DNA of 63,814 nucleotides, the filler included, from a bacterium (GTDB taxonomy: Bacteria > JAMORN01), in the NCBI GenBank assembly GCA_027063545.1. It is 14 parts of 14 records of this genome, joined end to end, with 100 filler letters (N's around TTAATTAATTAA, not from the genome) between each part and the next. Parts side by side here need not be neighbours in the genome. Positions count along the whole stretch, not along the records: positions 37,845 to 42,337 come from JAMORN010000215.1; positions 42,438 to 46,924 come from JAMORN010000216.1; positions 47,025 to 51,509 come from JAMORN010000217.1; positions 51,610 to 54,808 come from JAMORN010000218.1; 10 more parts are not named here. One strand, written 5' to 3'. The notes beneath the pieces are model-generated. The model had not been told where the DNA came from. It searched no databases and was given only the letters and a program-made list of their open reading frames with translations. Numbering within the stretch: position 1 is the first letter of the stretch; every line of letters begins with the position of its first letter. This document shows positions 42,061-52,775 of this stretch, one piece after another. Made by a program: the position numbers and the translations under genes.

Positions 42061-42438
42061 CTTCTGTTTTTAATATCTATTTTTTTCCATTTAATCAATT
42101 ATTCCCTTCATTATTTATGTATATAAATTAAATAATTATCATAATCTTATATAAGTCCCCATATAGTATCAATCCCCAATCTTTCTATATTTTCTTTTTT
42201 GAACACTTGAAGTGAAATTACTATATTTTTTTGTTTATTTAATATTTTTTGTAACGTTTTTAAATTCAATTTTATATATTATCAAGTTTTTTTATCAACT
42301 CCTCATCATTTTTATATTTAAATGAATTTATATAAATNNNNNNNNNNNNNNNNNNNNNNNNNNNNNNNNNNNNNNNNNNNNTTAATTAATTAANNNNNNN
42401 NNNNNNNNNNNNNNNNNNNNNNNNNNNNNNNNNNNNNG

Positions 42439-44004
42439 TTTTTAAATAGATTAAAAGAAGCAAAAGAAAAAGGAGAAGAGGTAAATTTAATTGGACAATT
42501 TGGGGTTGGTTTTTATTCTGTTTTTATGGTTGCAGAAAAAGTTGAAGTATATTCAAAAAGTGCCAAGAAAGATACTCTGGGTGTAAAATGGGCCTCTACA
42601 GGAGAAGAATACTTTGAGGTTGAAGATTATCCTGAAAAAAAAGATATAGGAACAGAGGTTAAAATATACTTAAAAGACGATGCTCTAGATTACCTAAAAG
42701 ACACAAAAATAAGACAAATAGTAAAAAGATTCTCTGATTTTATTGAATATCCTATATATCTAACAGTTGATAATCAAATAAAAGAAGAAAAATTAAACTC
42801 TCAAAAACCAATATGGTTAAAGAAAAAAAGTGAGATTACAGAGGAAGAATATAAAGAATTTTATAGATACTTTACCTATGATATTAATGATCCTTTTAAA
42901 ATTATACATTTTTCTGTTGAGGGACTTGTTAATTTTACAGCCCTTCTTTATATTCCAGAAAAACCTATTTTTGATTTATTTAATCCAGACTATAAATATG
43001 GACTCTCTTTATATGTAAAAAAGGTATTTATCACTGATAAAAGTGATTTTCTTCTTCCTAAATACCTTAGATTTGTTGTTGGAATTGTAGAGTCTGAGGA
43101 TATTCCTCTTAATGTATCAAGGGAAATGGTACAAAGTTCTAAGGCCGTACAAAAAATAAGGGATAATATAATTTCAAAAATTTTATCTACTCTTAAAGAT
43201 TCTTTAATCAATGAAAGAGATAAATATACTTCATTTTTTATTGAATTTGGAAGTGTACTAAAAGAGGGAATTCATTTTGATAACAAAAGAAGAAAAGAGA
43301 TTGCTGATTTAATGCTATTTCATTCTTGGAAAAAAGAGACTTCATATTTAACATTAAAGGAATATGTAGATAGTATGAAGGAGAATCAAGAATATATATA
43401 CTATCTTGCTGGACCAAATATAGAAGAACTTATTAACTCTCCCCATCTTGAGATATTTAAAGAAAAGGATATTGATGTGCTACTTTTGGATGACTCGATT
43501 GATGAGTTTATTATTGAAGATTTAGAAGAGTATAATGGTAAAAAATTTAAGAATATAAATAAAACAGATCTATCTGAACTTGAAGATAAAGAGAAAAAAC
43601 ATGAAATAGAACATAAAGAAGAAGAAAATAAAGATCTCCTTAATCTTATAAAAATTTATCTACAAGATTATGTTAGAGATGTAAGGCTTTCATATAGACT
43701 AAAGGAAAGTCCATGTGCATTGGTGGTTGATGAAGGTGATTTAACAGTTTATATGGAAAAAATACTTAAAAGATTAAACAGAAATATTCCTCCTCAAAAG
43801 AAAATTTTAGAGATAAATCCAAATCATCCTTTATTTGAAGCAATGGTTAAAAGATTCAAAGAAAATAAAGAAGATCCAATATTAAAAGATATTGCTTTTA
43901 TATTATACCAAGAAGCCCTTTTAATTGAAGGTGGAGAAGTAGAAAATCCCGTGGAACTTTCCAAAAAAATGGCAGATATTATGATAAAAGCTTTGAAAAA
44001 ATAA
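42439..44004 (+). CDS. htpG: Chaperone HtpG, 5' truncated
   Basis: LIGQFGVGFYS, LYVKKVFI, DIPLNVSRE and LEINPNHP. Confidence 0.98.
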   Translation, partial: FLNRLKEAKEKGEEVNLIGQFGVGFYSVFMVAEKVEVYSKSAKKDTLGVKWASTGEEYFEVEDYPEKKDIGTEVKIYLKDDALDYLKDTKIRQIVKRFSDFIEYPIYLTVDNQIKEEKLNSQKPIWLKKKSEITEEEYKEFYRYFTYDINDPFKIIHFSVEGLVNFTALLYIPEKPIFDLFNPDYKYGLSLYVKKVFITDKSDFLLPKYLRFVVGIVESEDIPLNVSREMVQSSKAVQKIRDNIISKILSTLKDSLINERDKYTSFFIEFGSVLKEGIHFDNKRRKEIADLMLFHSWKKETSYLTLKEYVDSMKENQEYIYYLAGPNIEELINSPHLEIFKEKDIDVLLLDDSIDEFIIEDLEEYNGKKFKNINKTDLSELEDKEKKHEIEHKEEENKDLLNLIKIYLQDYVRDVRLSYRLKESPCALVVDEGDLTVYMEKILKRLNRNIPPQKKILEINPNHPLFEAMVKRFKENKEDPILKDIAFILYQEALLIEGGEVENPVELSKKMADIMIKALKK

Positions 44005-44081
44005 TTTTTATAAAAGATAAAGAATAATTATTTTTAAATTAGTTTAAATAGGAATAAAAATGAAGAAGGAGTTTCTTTAAT

Positions 44082-45287
44082 ATGAAAAGACTAAGAGGTT
44101 TTATATTACTTATATCTATATTAACTATAACCCTTACCTTAAAAGATACAACAATATTTAGTGGTATTTTAACTACAACAGATAATAATTCTTATTCCTT
44201 CAAAACGGTATTATTTAATGATACAGATATAATACTTGTAGAAAAAAACTCTTCTAGTATGTTGATTCCTTTATCTGATATTTTATCCCTTCAAATTATA
44301 GGTATTGATAGCCAAAAAGTTAAGTTGTTTGCAAAATTAAAAAATAATACTATTGATACGTTCTGTTTAAAAAATAATATTATTATTTCTTTAATAGACA
44401 AAGAAAATAAAAAAATAGGTGATTTTAATATTTTAAATATTAAATATATATCTTTTGAAGATACATTAATAAAAAAAGATTCAAATGTTTCATCTAATAG
44501 CAGTGTTGAAAAAATTAGTGTTTTTAATAGGAAGGATACTACCATTACCTCACAGAATAGTCAAGCTACAAATATAGACAGTTTAAAAGTTGTTGACTCT
44601 CTATTAACTAAAAAAATTGATACCTTAAAAAAAGAAGTAGACTCTTTATCGTCTTTAAAAAATGATTCATTTTCTATAGCAAAAACAAAAGCAACAGAAT
44701 ATTCAGAAACTGAATATCAAACTCACCAATCACAAGCTCAAGGAGATAATTCTTCTCAATATATATCTCAGAAGCAAGAAAAACAAGAAGACCAACCAGA
44801 AATTACATATAAAGAAGATTTAATTAAACAACAAAATTATGATAAGACACAGTCAAAAACTTCTTATGAATTTACTACTTCCCAGATTTCTCATAAAAAA
44901 TCATACTATTATGATCCTGTAAAGATTGAATATAATAAAGGATTACAACTATATAGAAAAAAACAATATAGAAAAGCTATCTCTATTTTTGAATCTCTTC
45001 TTAATAAATATCCAAATCATAAACTAGCACCTAATTTTCAATATTGGATTGGTGAATGTTTATTTAAATTAAAAGATTATAATAGGGCTATTAACTATTT
45101 TAGAAATGTTTATTTATATACAAATTCGTGGAAGAAAGATGATGCTGCTATTATGATTGCAATATCTTACTATAAAATGGGAGACATTGAAAAAGCAAGA
45201 GCTGAATTTAAAAGTTTTATATACAAGTATCCTGATAGTGAATATATAAAAATTGCAAAACATTATTTAAAAAAGATAGGAGAATGA
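44082..45287 (+). CDS. Exported protein with a C-terminal CpoB/YbgF-like TPR domain
   Basis: Signal peptide, beta-rich N-domain, S/T/Q-rich linker, then TPRs (YPNHKLAPNFQYWIGEC; KKDDAAIM; YPDSEY). Confidence 0.75.
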   Translation: MKRLRGFILLISILTITLTLKDTTIFSGILTTTDNNSYSFKTVLFNDTDIILVEKNSSSMLIPLSDILSLQIIGIDSQKVKLFAKLKNNTIDTFCLKNNIIISLIDKENKKIGDFNILNIKYISFEDTLIKKDSNVSSNSSVEKISVFNRKDTTITSQNSQATNIDSLKVVDSLLTKKIDTLKKEVDSLSSLKNDSFSIAKTKATEYSETEYQTHQSQAQGDNSSQYISQKQEKQEDQPEITYKEDLIKQQNYDKTQSKTSYEFTTSQISHKKSYYYDPVKIEYNKGLQLYRKKQYRKAISIFESLLNKYPNHKLAPNFQYWIGECLFKLKDYNRAINYFRNVYLYTNSWKKDDAAIMIAISYYKMGDIEKARAEFKSFIYKYPDSEYIKIAKHYLKKIGE

Positions 45288-45288
45288 T

Positions 45289-46059
45289 GTGATTAGAATT
45301 TTTTATTTTTTTACGATTTTAATTATATCAAGCTTTAGCTTATTTAATTGTTCTTCAAAAGTTGTAAATAAAAATAAAGAACCTATAGATAAGATTCTCA
45401 GTAAAACCAAAAAGTTATTTTATAAAGAAAAATTTTATAAAGTAATTACGTATTTAGAACCTAGAATAAATAGATATAATGGAGAAAAAAAATTAGATTC
45501 TTTAATGTATTTTCTAGGCATTGCCTATTTAGAGGAAAAAGAATATGAAAAAGCAGAAAATGAGTTTAGAAAAATAACTCAAATTTTTAGAGAATCCCCT
45601 CTTAGACCTTATGCTCAATATTATTTAGCTCAAGTATATATGAGAAGACTTCCTGATCCTCAAAGAGATCAAACTATTACTAAAATGGCTCTTAGAGAAC
45701 TTATGTTCTTTACAGAACTTTATCCTGATCATCCTTTAATTTCTTTGGTTAAAGAGGATATAAGAATATGTAGAAATAATCTTGCTCAAAAAGCTTATCT
45801 AAATGGATACTTCTACTACAAAACTAAAGAGTATTCGGCTGCTAAAATATATTTTCTTGATGTAATTAATGAATATTTTGATACAAAATGGGTTGACAAC
45901 GCCACTGCTAAATTAGTATTATGTTATATATACTTAGATGATATAGATAATGCTAGAAAATATTATGAACTATTAAAAACATTAAAATTAGATAAGCAAT
46001 CAAAACAAGATTATAAAAAAATTAGATTATTAATCAAACAAAAAGGGATAAAGCTATGA
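45289..46059 (+). CDS. bamD: Outer membrane protein assembly lipoprotein BamD
   Basis: Lipobox-like LFNC; PDPQRDQTIT, ELYPDHP and LAQKAYLNGYFYYK. Confidence 0.88.
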   Translation: MIRIFYFFTILIISSFSLFNCSSKVVNKNKEPIDKILSKTKKLFYKEKFYKVITYLEPRINRYNGEKKLDSLMYFLGIAYLEEKEYEKAENEFRKITQIFRESPLRPYAQYYLAQVYMRRLPDPQRDQTITKMALRELMFFTELYPDHPLISLVKEDIRICRNNLAQKAYLNGYFYYKTKEYSAAKIYFLDVINEYFDTKWVDNATAKLVLCYIYLDDIDNARKYYELLKTLKLDKQSKQDYKKIRLLIKQKGIKL

Positions 46060-46646
46060 AGATAGTATTATTTGGTGGTAGTTTTAATCCTATTCACAGA
46101 GGTCATATAAAATTAGCTGAGGAAGCATTAAATTTTATAGGTGGAGATATATTATTTTTTATTCCAACTTATCATCATCCTTTTAATAAAAAAGTTGAGG
46201 TAAAAAAAGAAGATATCGTAAATATGATAAGACTTGCTTTAGAAGAATATAAAAATCCTAAATTTAAAATAGATACATACGAGATAGAACAAGACAACCC
46301 AACATATACTATTAATACAATAAAAAAATATTTAGACGAATATCCTTCTGATGAAATTTTTCTTTTAATAGGTTTTGATAACGTTAAAAACTTTGATAAA
46401 TGGAAAGACTATAGAGAGATTTTAAAAAAGGTAAGGGTAATTGCTGGTTCTAGAGGTAAAACTAGTGATTTAAGCCTAAAGGATATATTTATTGAAGGAA
46501 GAATTTTTATTTTTAATTCTAAAGCTCCAGATATTAGTGCTTCTACAATAAGAGAAAAAATAAAAGAAGGAAATATTGAAGAGATAAAGAGTTATCTTCC
46601 TAAATCTGTTTTAGATTACATTATTAAAAATAATTTATATAAGTAA
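46056..46646 (+). CDS. nadD: Nicotinate-nucleotide adenylyltransferase
   Basis: FGGSFNPIHRGH, YTINT, IGFDN..FDKW and ISASTIR. Confidence 0.96.
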   Translation: MKIVLFGGSFNPIHRGHIKLAEEALNFIGGDILFFIPTYHHPFNKKVEVKKEDIVNMIRLALEEYKNPKFKIDTYEIEQDNPTYTINTIKKYLDEYPSDEIFLLIGFDNVKNFDKWKDYREILKKVRVIAGSRGKTSDLSLKDIFIEGRIFIFNSKAPDISASTIREKIKEGNIEEIKSYLPKSVLDYIIKNNLYK

Positions 46647-46650
46647 ATTA

Positions 46651-46878
46651 ATGAAGAATAAAAAAGAAAAATTCTCTCTTTTTGAGCTATCTGATGTTTT
46701 TTCTCTTATTACTGATTTGGGTTTTAGTTTTATTATACCTATAGTTTTATTTGCCTTTATTGGAAAATTTTTAATGAAAAAATTTAATTTTTCTCCTATA
46801 TTTTTTATTTTATTTATAGTTTTAGGACTTATCTCTAGCTTTATTTTAGTATATAAACGAATAAGAAGGTACTGGTAA
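46651..46878 (+). CDS. atpZ: AtpZ/AtpI-family (ATPase gene 1) small membrane protein
   Basis: Two TMs with the pattern LGFSFIIPIVLFAFIG..L.KKF..SP.F.ILFIVLGL. Confidence 0.65.
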   Translation: MKNKKEKFSLFELSDVFSLITDLGFSFIIPIVLFAFIGKFLMKKFNFSPIFFILFIVLGLISSFILVYKRIRRYW

Positions 46879-46924
46879 TGAAAATTATTAAAACACCTAT
46901 AAAAGATCTATTAATTATAGAACC
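46878..46924 (+). CDS. rfbC: dTDP-4-dehydrorhamnose 3,5-epimerase, N-terminal fragment
   Basis: MKIIKTPIKDLLIIEP, a typical RfbC N-terminus; only 16 codons before the gap. Confidence 0.65.
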
Positions 46925-47024
46925 NNNNNNNNNNNNNNNNNNNNNNNNNNNNNNNNNNNNNNNNNNNNTTAATTAATTAANNNNNNNNNNNNNNNNNNNN
47001 NNNNNNNNNNNNNNNNNNNNNNNN

Positions 47025-47753
47025 AAATACATTGATAGGTTCTCCTTCTCTTAATTCTATATTAAAATCCATACTCTCTAATTTAACATCTAAAGTAAAT
47101 ACACTATTTTTTACTACCTTAGTACTTAAACTATTTACACTATGATGAGGCCAAAGAAAAAGAGTCTGACCTACTTCAATCTGTCTAGTAGAAGATAAAG
47201 CCATTTTTTGAAGTTTAAAGTAATGATCAAATTTTTGTCTTATCTTGGCTAAAACTGTAGATAACTCCATATTTATATCTTCATATTTCGCTATTTTAGC
47301 TCTATCCCCTGATAAATAAACCTCTTCAGGATTATATTTTTTTTCTACATATTCATGAACAGCTTTTTCAAATAGTGTCAAATCATTTGCAATATCCCCT
47401 ATTGTATATCTTCTAGGTAAATAATTTAAAATCTCTTTTAAAAATTCTATTTCTGCTGTTGATAGTCCATATGCCTTTATTGTACTTTCTTCTCTTGTTT
47501 TTATTGCATTTTTTAATTGCTCTTCATATTCTCTTTGGGATGTAATATACCAAAATATAAATCCTAATATTAGTAGGATAAAAAAGATAATTACTCCTAT
47601 AATTACACCAGTTGAAGATCTTGTCATTCCTTTAGAAACTAGATACCAAAAAGGTTGTTTTTGTTGAGCATATAATGAATTAGTATAAATAAAAAAATAT
47701 AATAATAAACTACCATAAAAAAATGTGTTAATTTTATAATTTTGCCTATTCAT
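47025..47753 (-). CDS. Membrane-anchored protein, possibly the N-part of a PilZN3/PilZ protein, 3' truncated
   Basis: Signal-like segment plus TM, helical region, then LSSTRQIEVGQTL..STKVVKNS resembling spirochaete-type PilZ proteins; the PilZ motif itself is not visible. Confidence 0.45.
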
Positions 47754-47903
47754 AATTTTTATATTCGCTTTTGAAAAAATTATATTTAAAATAATTTAAA
47801 AATTATTGAAGTTTTTTCTTTCTTTGTTTATTTTTTGTTTATTCAGTCATATTAAAATATTAAAAAAAATAAAAAAAGTAAAGAGAAAAACAAGGAGGAG
47901 ATT

Positions 47904-48686
47904 ATGAAAAAGATAAGTTTTATTTTAATTTTAGCTTTAATATTAGGGTTTTACACCTCAAGTGATGCATTAGTTGGGGTGGGAATACATGGTGGTATAG
48001 AACTCTCAAAAATAGATGCTACTTCTTCTACTTTGGATAGTATAAATCTTCAAATAGGAGATCAAACTGAAACTGTAAGATTAACAGTTAATTTACAAGA
48101 GGATTTATCAAATCCTGTAATTTTAGGTGGACATATATTTTTCGAATTACCTACTATACCTTTAGACTTTGCTATAAATGCTGGCATCGCAGGACAAAAA
48201 TATAATGTTATTTATCAATTTGAAGCTAATGACTCTATTTTAGCAAGTAAGGAAATTCAAGATGTTCCGTTCAATAAAATATATATGAAACTTACAGCAA
48301 AATATAATATTTTTGGCTTCCCTCCTGTTGCTAAAATTGTAAGGCTCTATTTAGCAGGGGATTTAGGATATGAATATATTTTTCCTGCTTTATTTGATGC
48401 TAATATTTATAGTGATCCTAAATATATAGAACTTCTACAAACTATTTATGACGCTCAATCTGACACTCCAGATTTTACTACAATAAAAGACGGTATAGAA
48501 AATTCTAGCGAAATTTTCGATAAAAGTTCTAGAATGGTTTATGCCATAGGGTTAGGAACAAAAATTAAATTTCCAATAGTACCTTTAGCATTTAATATAG
48601 ACTATCGCTATAATTTTGCAGGAGAATTAAATAATATACCAACAACATTTAGTACAATAACTTTCTCTACATCACTTAACTTTTAA
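47904..48686 (+). CDS. Outer-membrane beta-barrel protein
   Basis: Strong AGGAGG SD, signal peptide, amphipathic strands, C-terminal TITFSTSLNF. Confidence 0.7.
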   Translation: MKKISFILILALILGFYTSSDALVGVGIHGGIELSKIDATSSTLDSINLQIGDQTETVRLTVNLQEDLSNPVILGGHIFFELPTIPLDFAINAGIAGQKYNVIYQFEANDSILASKEIQDVPFNKIYMKLTAKYNIFGFPPVAKIVRLYLAGDLGYEYIFPALFDANIYSDPKYIELLQTIYDAQSDTPDFTTIKDGIENSSEIFDKSSRMVYAIGLGTKIKFPIVPLAFNIDYRYNFAGELNNIPTTFSTITFSTSLNF

Positions 48687-48703
48687 TAAAAGAAAGGCTA
48701 CTT

Positions 48704-49714
48704 ATGAAGAACCATATTGGTATTAACTTAGGTGGATGGTTATCTCAATCAAACTTTCATGAGCAATATTTAGATACATTTATTATTGAAAAAGATATTA
48801 AAACTATTAAAGAATGGGGGGCTAATATTATAAGGCTCCCTATTGACTATAATATAATATTAGAAGATTCTAATAAATTATTGTTTAAGAAAGATTCTCA
48901 TAGGTACATTAATATGGCAATTTCTTGGTGTAATAAATATGATATTGTATGTATACTAGACTTTCATATATCACCTTGGCATTTTTTCCTAGATGGTGTT
49001 GAGGGTAAAACATATAGCTTTTTCAAAAATAATGAATTAATAGAAAAACATATAGAAACATTAAAATATATTATTGCTCCATATAAAGATAATAAAAGGG
49101 TCTATTTAGAAGTATTAAATGAACCTGTTGCAGAAAATCCTTATGATTTAAATAAATTTTATGAAAAGATAATAAAAGAATTAAGAAAAGAAGGTATAAA
49201 CAACACATTAATATTTGAATCCAATCGTTGGGGAATGGTTAAAGATTTTCCACCTCTTATAGAACTATTAAAATTAGATAATAATATAATTTTATCATTT
49301 CATTTATATGAACCTTTAGATTTTACTCATCAAAAAGCTCCATGGATTGATTCCTATCGTGAAACTTTAGAATATCCTTATGAAAAGAATGGAATTTTAT
49401 ATAATAAAAAAACAATGAAAGATCTATTTCTTAAAGAGGTGATAAAGGTTAGAGAAAAATATCCAGATATTCAAATACTATGTGGAGAATTTGGTGTATA
49501 CTTAGAAGCTCCAACAGAATCAAGATATAAATGGTTAAAAGATGTTGTTGAACTTTTTGATGAGTATAGTATTTCTTGGACATATTGGACCTATAAAAAT
49601 ATGGACTTTGGTATAGTTAATACTCAGTATCAATACTATAAGCTAAAGGAATATGATAATATTGAGAGAATAGATTATAGATTAGTAGATATACTATTTG
49701 AAGTTGAAAACTAA
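48704..49714 (+). CDS. GH5 endoglucanase/cellodextrinase (CelC-like, no signal peptide)
   Basis: GINLGGWLSQ, IRLPIDY, LDFH, acid/base EVLNEP, FHLYEP, nucleophile CGEFGV and WTYWTY. Confidence 0.92.
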   Translation: MKNHIGINLGGWLSQSNFHEQYLDTFIIEKDIKTIKEWGANIIRLPIDYNIILEDSNKLLFKKDSHRYINMAISWCNKYDIVCILDFHISPWHFFLDGVEGKTYSFFKNNELIEKHIETLKYIIAPYKDNKRVYLEVLNEPVAENPYDLNKFYEKIIKELRKEGINNTLIFESNRWGMVKDFPPLIELLKLDNNIILSFHLYEPLDFTHQKAPWIDSYRETLEYPYEKNGILYNKKTMKDLFLKEVIKVREKYPDIQILCGEFGVYLEAPTESRYKWLKDVVELFDEYSISWTYWTYKNMDFGIVNTQYQYYKLKEYDNIERIDYRLVDILFEVEN

Positions 49715-49720
49715 TATAAA

Positions 49721-50266
49721 ATGAATTTTTTAAGAAAAATTATTATAGTTTTTTTAATACATAATATATACAGATGTACAATAGTACCTCCAAGTATTTA
49801 TATTGGTACAGAAAGAACAGCATTAGAAAAACAATTATTAGGAGAATTTATTAAAAAAGAAGAATTTGAAAGTTTTTATAACTCTTCTTATAGTAGCTTT
49901 TTATCTCAATATAGATTAGATTCTTCTCTATTTACAAAAGGAACATTTGATACTTTGAAATCTCTCACAAAGAAACGACTTTTAATTTTAGATGAAATCC
50001 TTCTTTATAAAAAAGAAGGAATTATTGGAGAAGGCAATAATGGTTTTCTTGCAATAAGAGATTCTAATGTTGTGGATCTAAAAAAAGTAAAATTTGTGGT
50101 TTCTACTGAAAACGAAATAAGAGAAAAAATTATTACTATTTTATCACAAATTCTAAAGAAAAATAAAGAAAAGATAAAAAAAGAAATGTATAGTTATCAA
50201 ATTTATATCTTACCAACGGGATATTATTATCAAGATGAGAAAGGAAGATGGAGGAAAAAAGATTAA
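49721..50266 (+). CDS. DUF1318/YdbL-like putative lipoprotein
   Basis: C..P....GTERTALEKQLLG, GIIGEGNNGFL, ENEIR and GYYYQDEKGRW. Confidence 0.75.
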   Translation: MNFLRKIIIVFLIHNIYRCTIVPPSIYIGTERTALEKQLLGEFIKKEEFESFYNSSYSSFLSQYRLDSSLFTKGTFDTLKSLTKKRLLILDEILLYKKEGIIGEGNNGFLAIRDSNVVDLKKVKFVVSTENEIREKIITILSQILKKNKEKIKKEMYSYQIYILPTGYYYQDEKGRWRKKD

Positions 50267-51207
50267 AAATTTTATTCATGGGTTCTAGTGATTTTGGAGA
50301 ACCTAGTTTGGAAATTATTCATAAAAAATTTAATCTTGTAGGTGTGGTTACATTAAAAGATAGAATAAAAGGTCGCGGTTATAAACCTATACCAACTCCC
50401 ATTAAACAAAAGGCAAAACAATTAGGAATAAAAAAAATAATTGAAATAGAATCAACTCAAGAGAAATCTTTAGAAGACGAGATTAAAAAATTAAATCCTG
50501 ATATTATATATGTAGTAGCATTTCGAATATTACCTAAAAATATTTTAAATATTCCTAAAATTGGTTCTATAAACCTACATGCCAGTTTACTTCCTAAATA
50601 TCGAGGGCCAGCTCCTATAAACTGGGCAATCATTAATGGTGAAAATAACACAGGCTTAACAACCTTCTTTATTACTGAAGAGGTTGATGCTGGCAATATT
50701 ATACTTCAAAAAGAATATCCTATAAATTTTGATTGGGATTTTGGAGATTTGTATTACTTTTTAAAAGAAAAATCTTATGAAATTACCTATGAAACTTTAA
50801 CTCTTATTGAAAAAGGAGATTTTAAACTAAAAGAACAAGATTTAAATCTAGTATCATATGCTCCTAAAATTAAAAAAGAAGACGCTTTAATTGATTTTAA
50901 TAATGTTAGTTTAAGTATTTATAATAAAATAAGAGGTGTAAATCCAATACCCGGGGCTTTTGTTTTTTATAGAAATAAAATATTAAAAATAAGAAAAGTA
51001 AAATATAATTTTGATGATACAAATTTATATAATAATCCTGGAGAAATAATAGAAATATCAAAAGAATATCTAAAGATAGCCTGTAAAAAAGGAAGTATAT
51101 TTATTATTAGAATACAACCTGAAGGAAAAAAAGAAATGAAAATAAAAGATTTTATTAACGGATATAAACCTAAAATTGGTGAAATGTTAAAAACAACAAA
51201 GGAGTGA
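50248..51207 (+). CDS. fmt: Methionyl-tRNA formyltransferase
   Basis: FMGSSDF, INLHASLLPKYRGPAPINW, DAGNI and YAPKI. Confidence 0.97.
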   Translation: MEEKRLKILFMGSSDFGEPSLEIIHKKFNLVGVVTLKDRIKGRGYKPIPTPIKQKAKQLGIKKIIEIESTQEKSLEDEIKKLNPDIIYVVAFRILPKNILNIPKIGSINLHASLLPKYRGPAPINWAIINGENNTGLTTFFITEEVDAGNIILQKEYPINFDWDFGDLYYFLKEKSYEITYETLTLIEKGDFKLKEQDLNLVSYAPKIKKEDALIDFNNVSLSIYNKIRGVNPIPGAFVFYRNKILKIRKVKYNFDDTNLYNNPGEIIEISKEYLKIACKKGSIFIIRIQPEGKKEMKIKDFINGYKPKIGEMLKTTKE

Positions 51208-51509
<302 letters not shown>

Positions 51510-51611
51510 NNNNNNNNNNNNNNNNNNNNNNNNNNNNNNNNNNNNNNNNNNNNTTAATTAATTAANNNNNNNNNNNNNNNNNNNNNNNNNNNNNNNNNNN
51601 NNNNNNNNNAA

Positions 51612-52220
51612 TTTGCAAAAAAGTTAATAATTCTCCAAAAGAGAAAAGCTCATAACATAAATTTAGTTACTCCAACCCATCAAATACTTCAATTTTTATA
51701 TGGCTATAGACTAGCTATAAAAAATAGATTGTCTCTGCCCCTTGTTTATAACACCTTCGGATATGAAAAAGAAGATTTTATAGAGATATTAAATAATATT
51801 GTTGATATATTCTTGTGGGATATTAGATACTTTAACAATAATAATGCCTTAAAATATTCTAAAGTAAAAGATTACTTAAACTATAATATAGAAGCTTTAA
51901 AAATAGCATATAAAAATGTTGGTGATTTAGTATTAAGTAAAGATAATATTGCTATAAAAGGATTAATTATAAGACTCCTTGTTTTACCCAATAATATAAG
52001 TGGAACCAAAGAAATACTGAGATTAATAAAGCAGGAAATAGGAAATAATGTATATATTTCTCTGTTAAATCAATATTTTCCGGCATATAAAGCATTTAAT
52101 TATCCAGAATTATCCAGAAAAATTACAAGAAAAGAGTATGAAGAGGTATTAGAAGAATTATTTAAACTAGGATTTAATAATGGTTGGTTACAAGAGTTTA
52201 ATTTAGAAGGGGGCTGTTAG
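51612..52220 (+). CDS. pflX: PflX-like radical SAM protein, C-terminal half
   Basis: Frame open from the contig start: FAKKLIILQKRKAHNINLVTPTH..PLVYNTFGYE..IIRLLVLP..QYFP..GWLQ. Confidence 0.88.
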   Translation, partial: FAKKLIILQKRKAHNINLVTPTHQILQFLYGYRLAIKNRLSLPLVYNTFGYEKEDFIEILNNIVDIFLWDIRYFNNNNALKYSKVKDYLNYNIEALKIAYKNVGDLVLSKDNIAIKGLIIRLLVLPNNISGTKEILRLIKQEIGNNVYISLLNQYFPAYKAFNYPELSRKITRKEYEEVLEELFKLGFNNGWLQEFNLEGGC

Positions 52221-52775
52221 TATTAAATCTCTAAGTATATTATTTATTTCTATATTTATTATTTTAATTATACCATCAATACTATTTTCTGTATTAGGTA
52301 TCTTTTTTTCATATTTCTTTACCCATATTAAATTTTGATCTCTATCATAAAGATAAAAAATCATATTTATATATGCATAATCTTTTTTGTCTTCTATATA
52401 CTCTCCCAAAAAGTTAATATATGTATTTAAATAATAATCTGCAGGTGTAATGTCATTATATTTAAATACACTCTTAAATACGCCTATATCAAAGAAATAA
52501 TTGTAAATAACCTCTGTTAGCATTAAATCTATAGAACTAGCCCAAATGTACCTATTGTAAAAAACAAGTTTATGTGTAGATAATTTTATAGGTATTTTAT
52601 CGCTTATTAGATTTCTTGATATCTCTACCTTTTTTATTTTTATGGTTTTATCTATTTTTTTATCTATAGAGACTTTATTATAACTTTCTATAGTATAATA
52701 AATAAACTTTTTAGATCCTGTACAGCTGAAAAATATTAATACTATAACCAATAAAAAAAACTTATATAATCTCAT
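52203..52775 (-). CDS. PqiC-like ABC transport auxiliary lipoprotein
   Basis: Lipobox FFSC; FYNRYIWAS..ML motif; last gene of the MCE operon. Confidence 0.75.
   Translation of the reverse strand: MRLYKFFLLVIVLIFFSCTGSKKFIYYTIESYNKVSIDKKIDKTIKIKKVEISRNLISDKIPIKLSTHKLVFYNRYIWASSIDLMLTEVIYNYFFDIGVFKSVFKYNDITPADYYLNTYINFLGEYIEDKKDYAYINMIFYLYDRDQNLIWVKKYEKKIPNTENSIDGIIKIINIEINNILRDLILTAPF

Noticed and set aside
42061-42337. AT-rich non-coding contig end as a possible ncRNA or IS end
   Set aside because: No stable hairpin, terminal repeat or credible ORF visible; probably decayed sequence.
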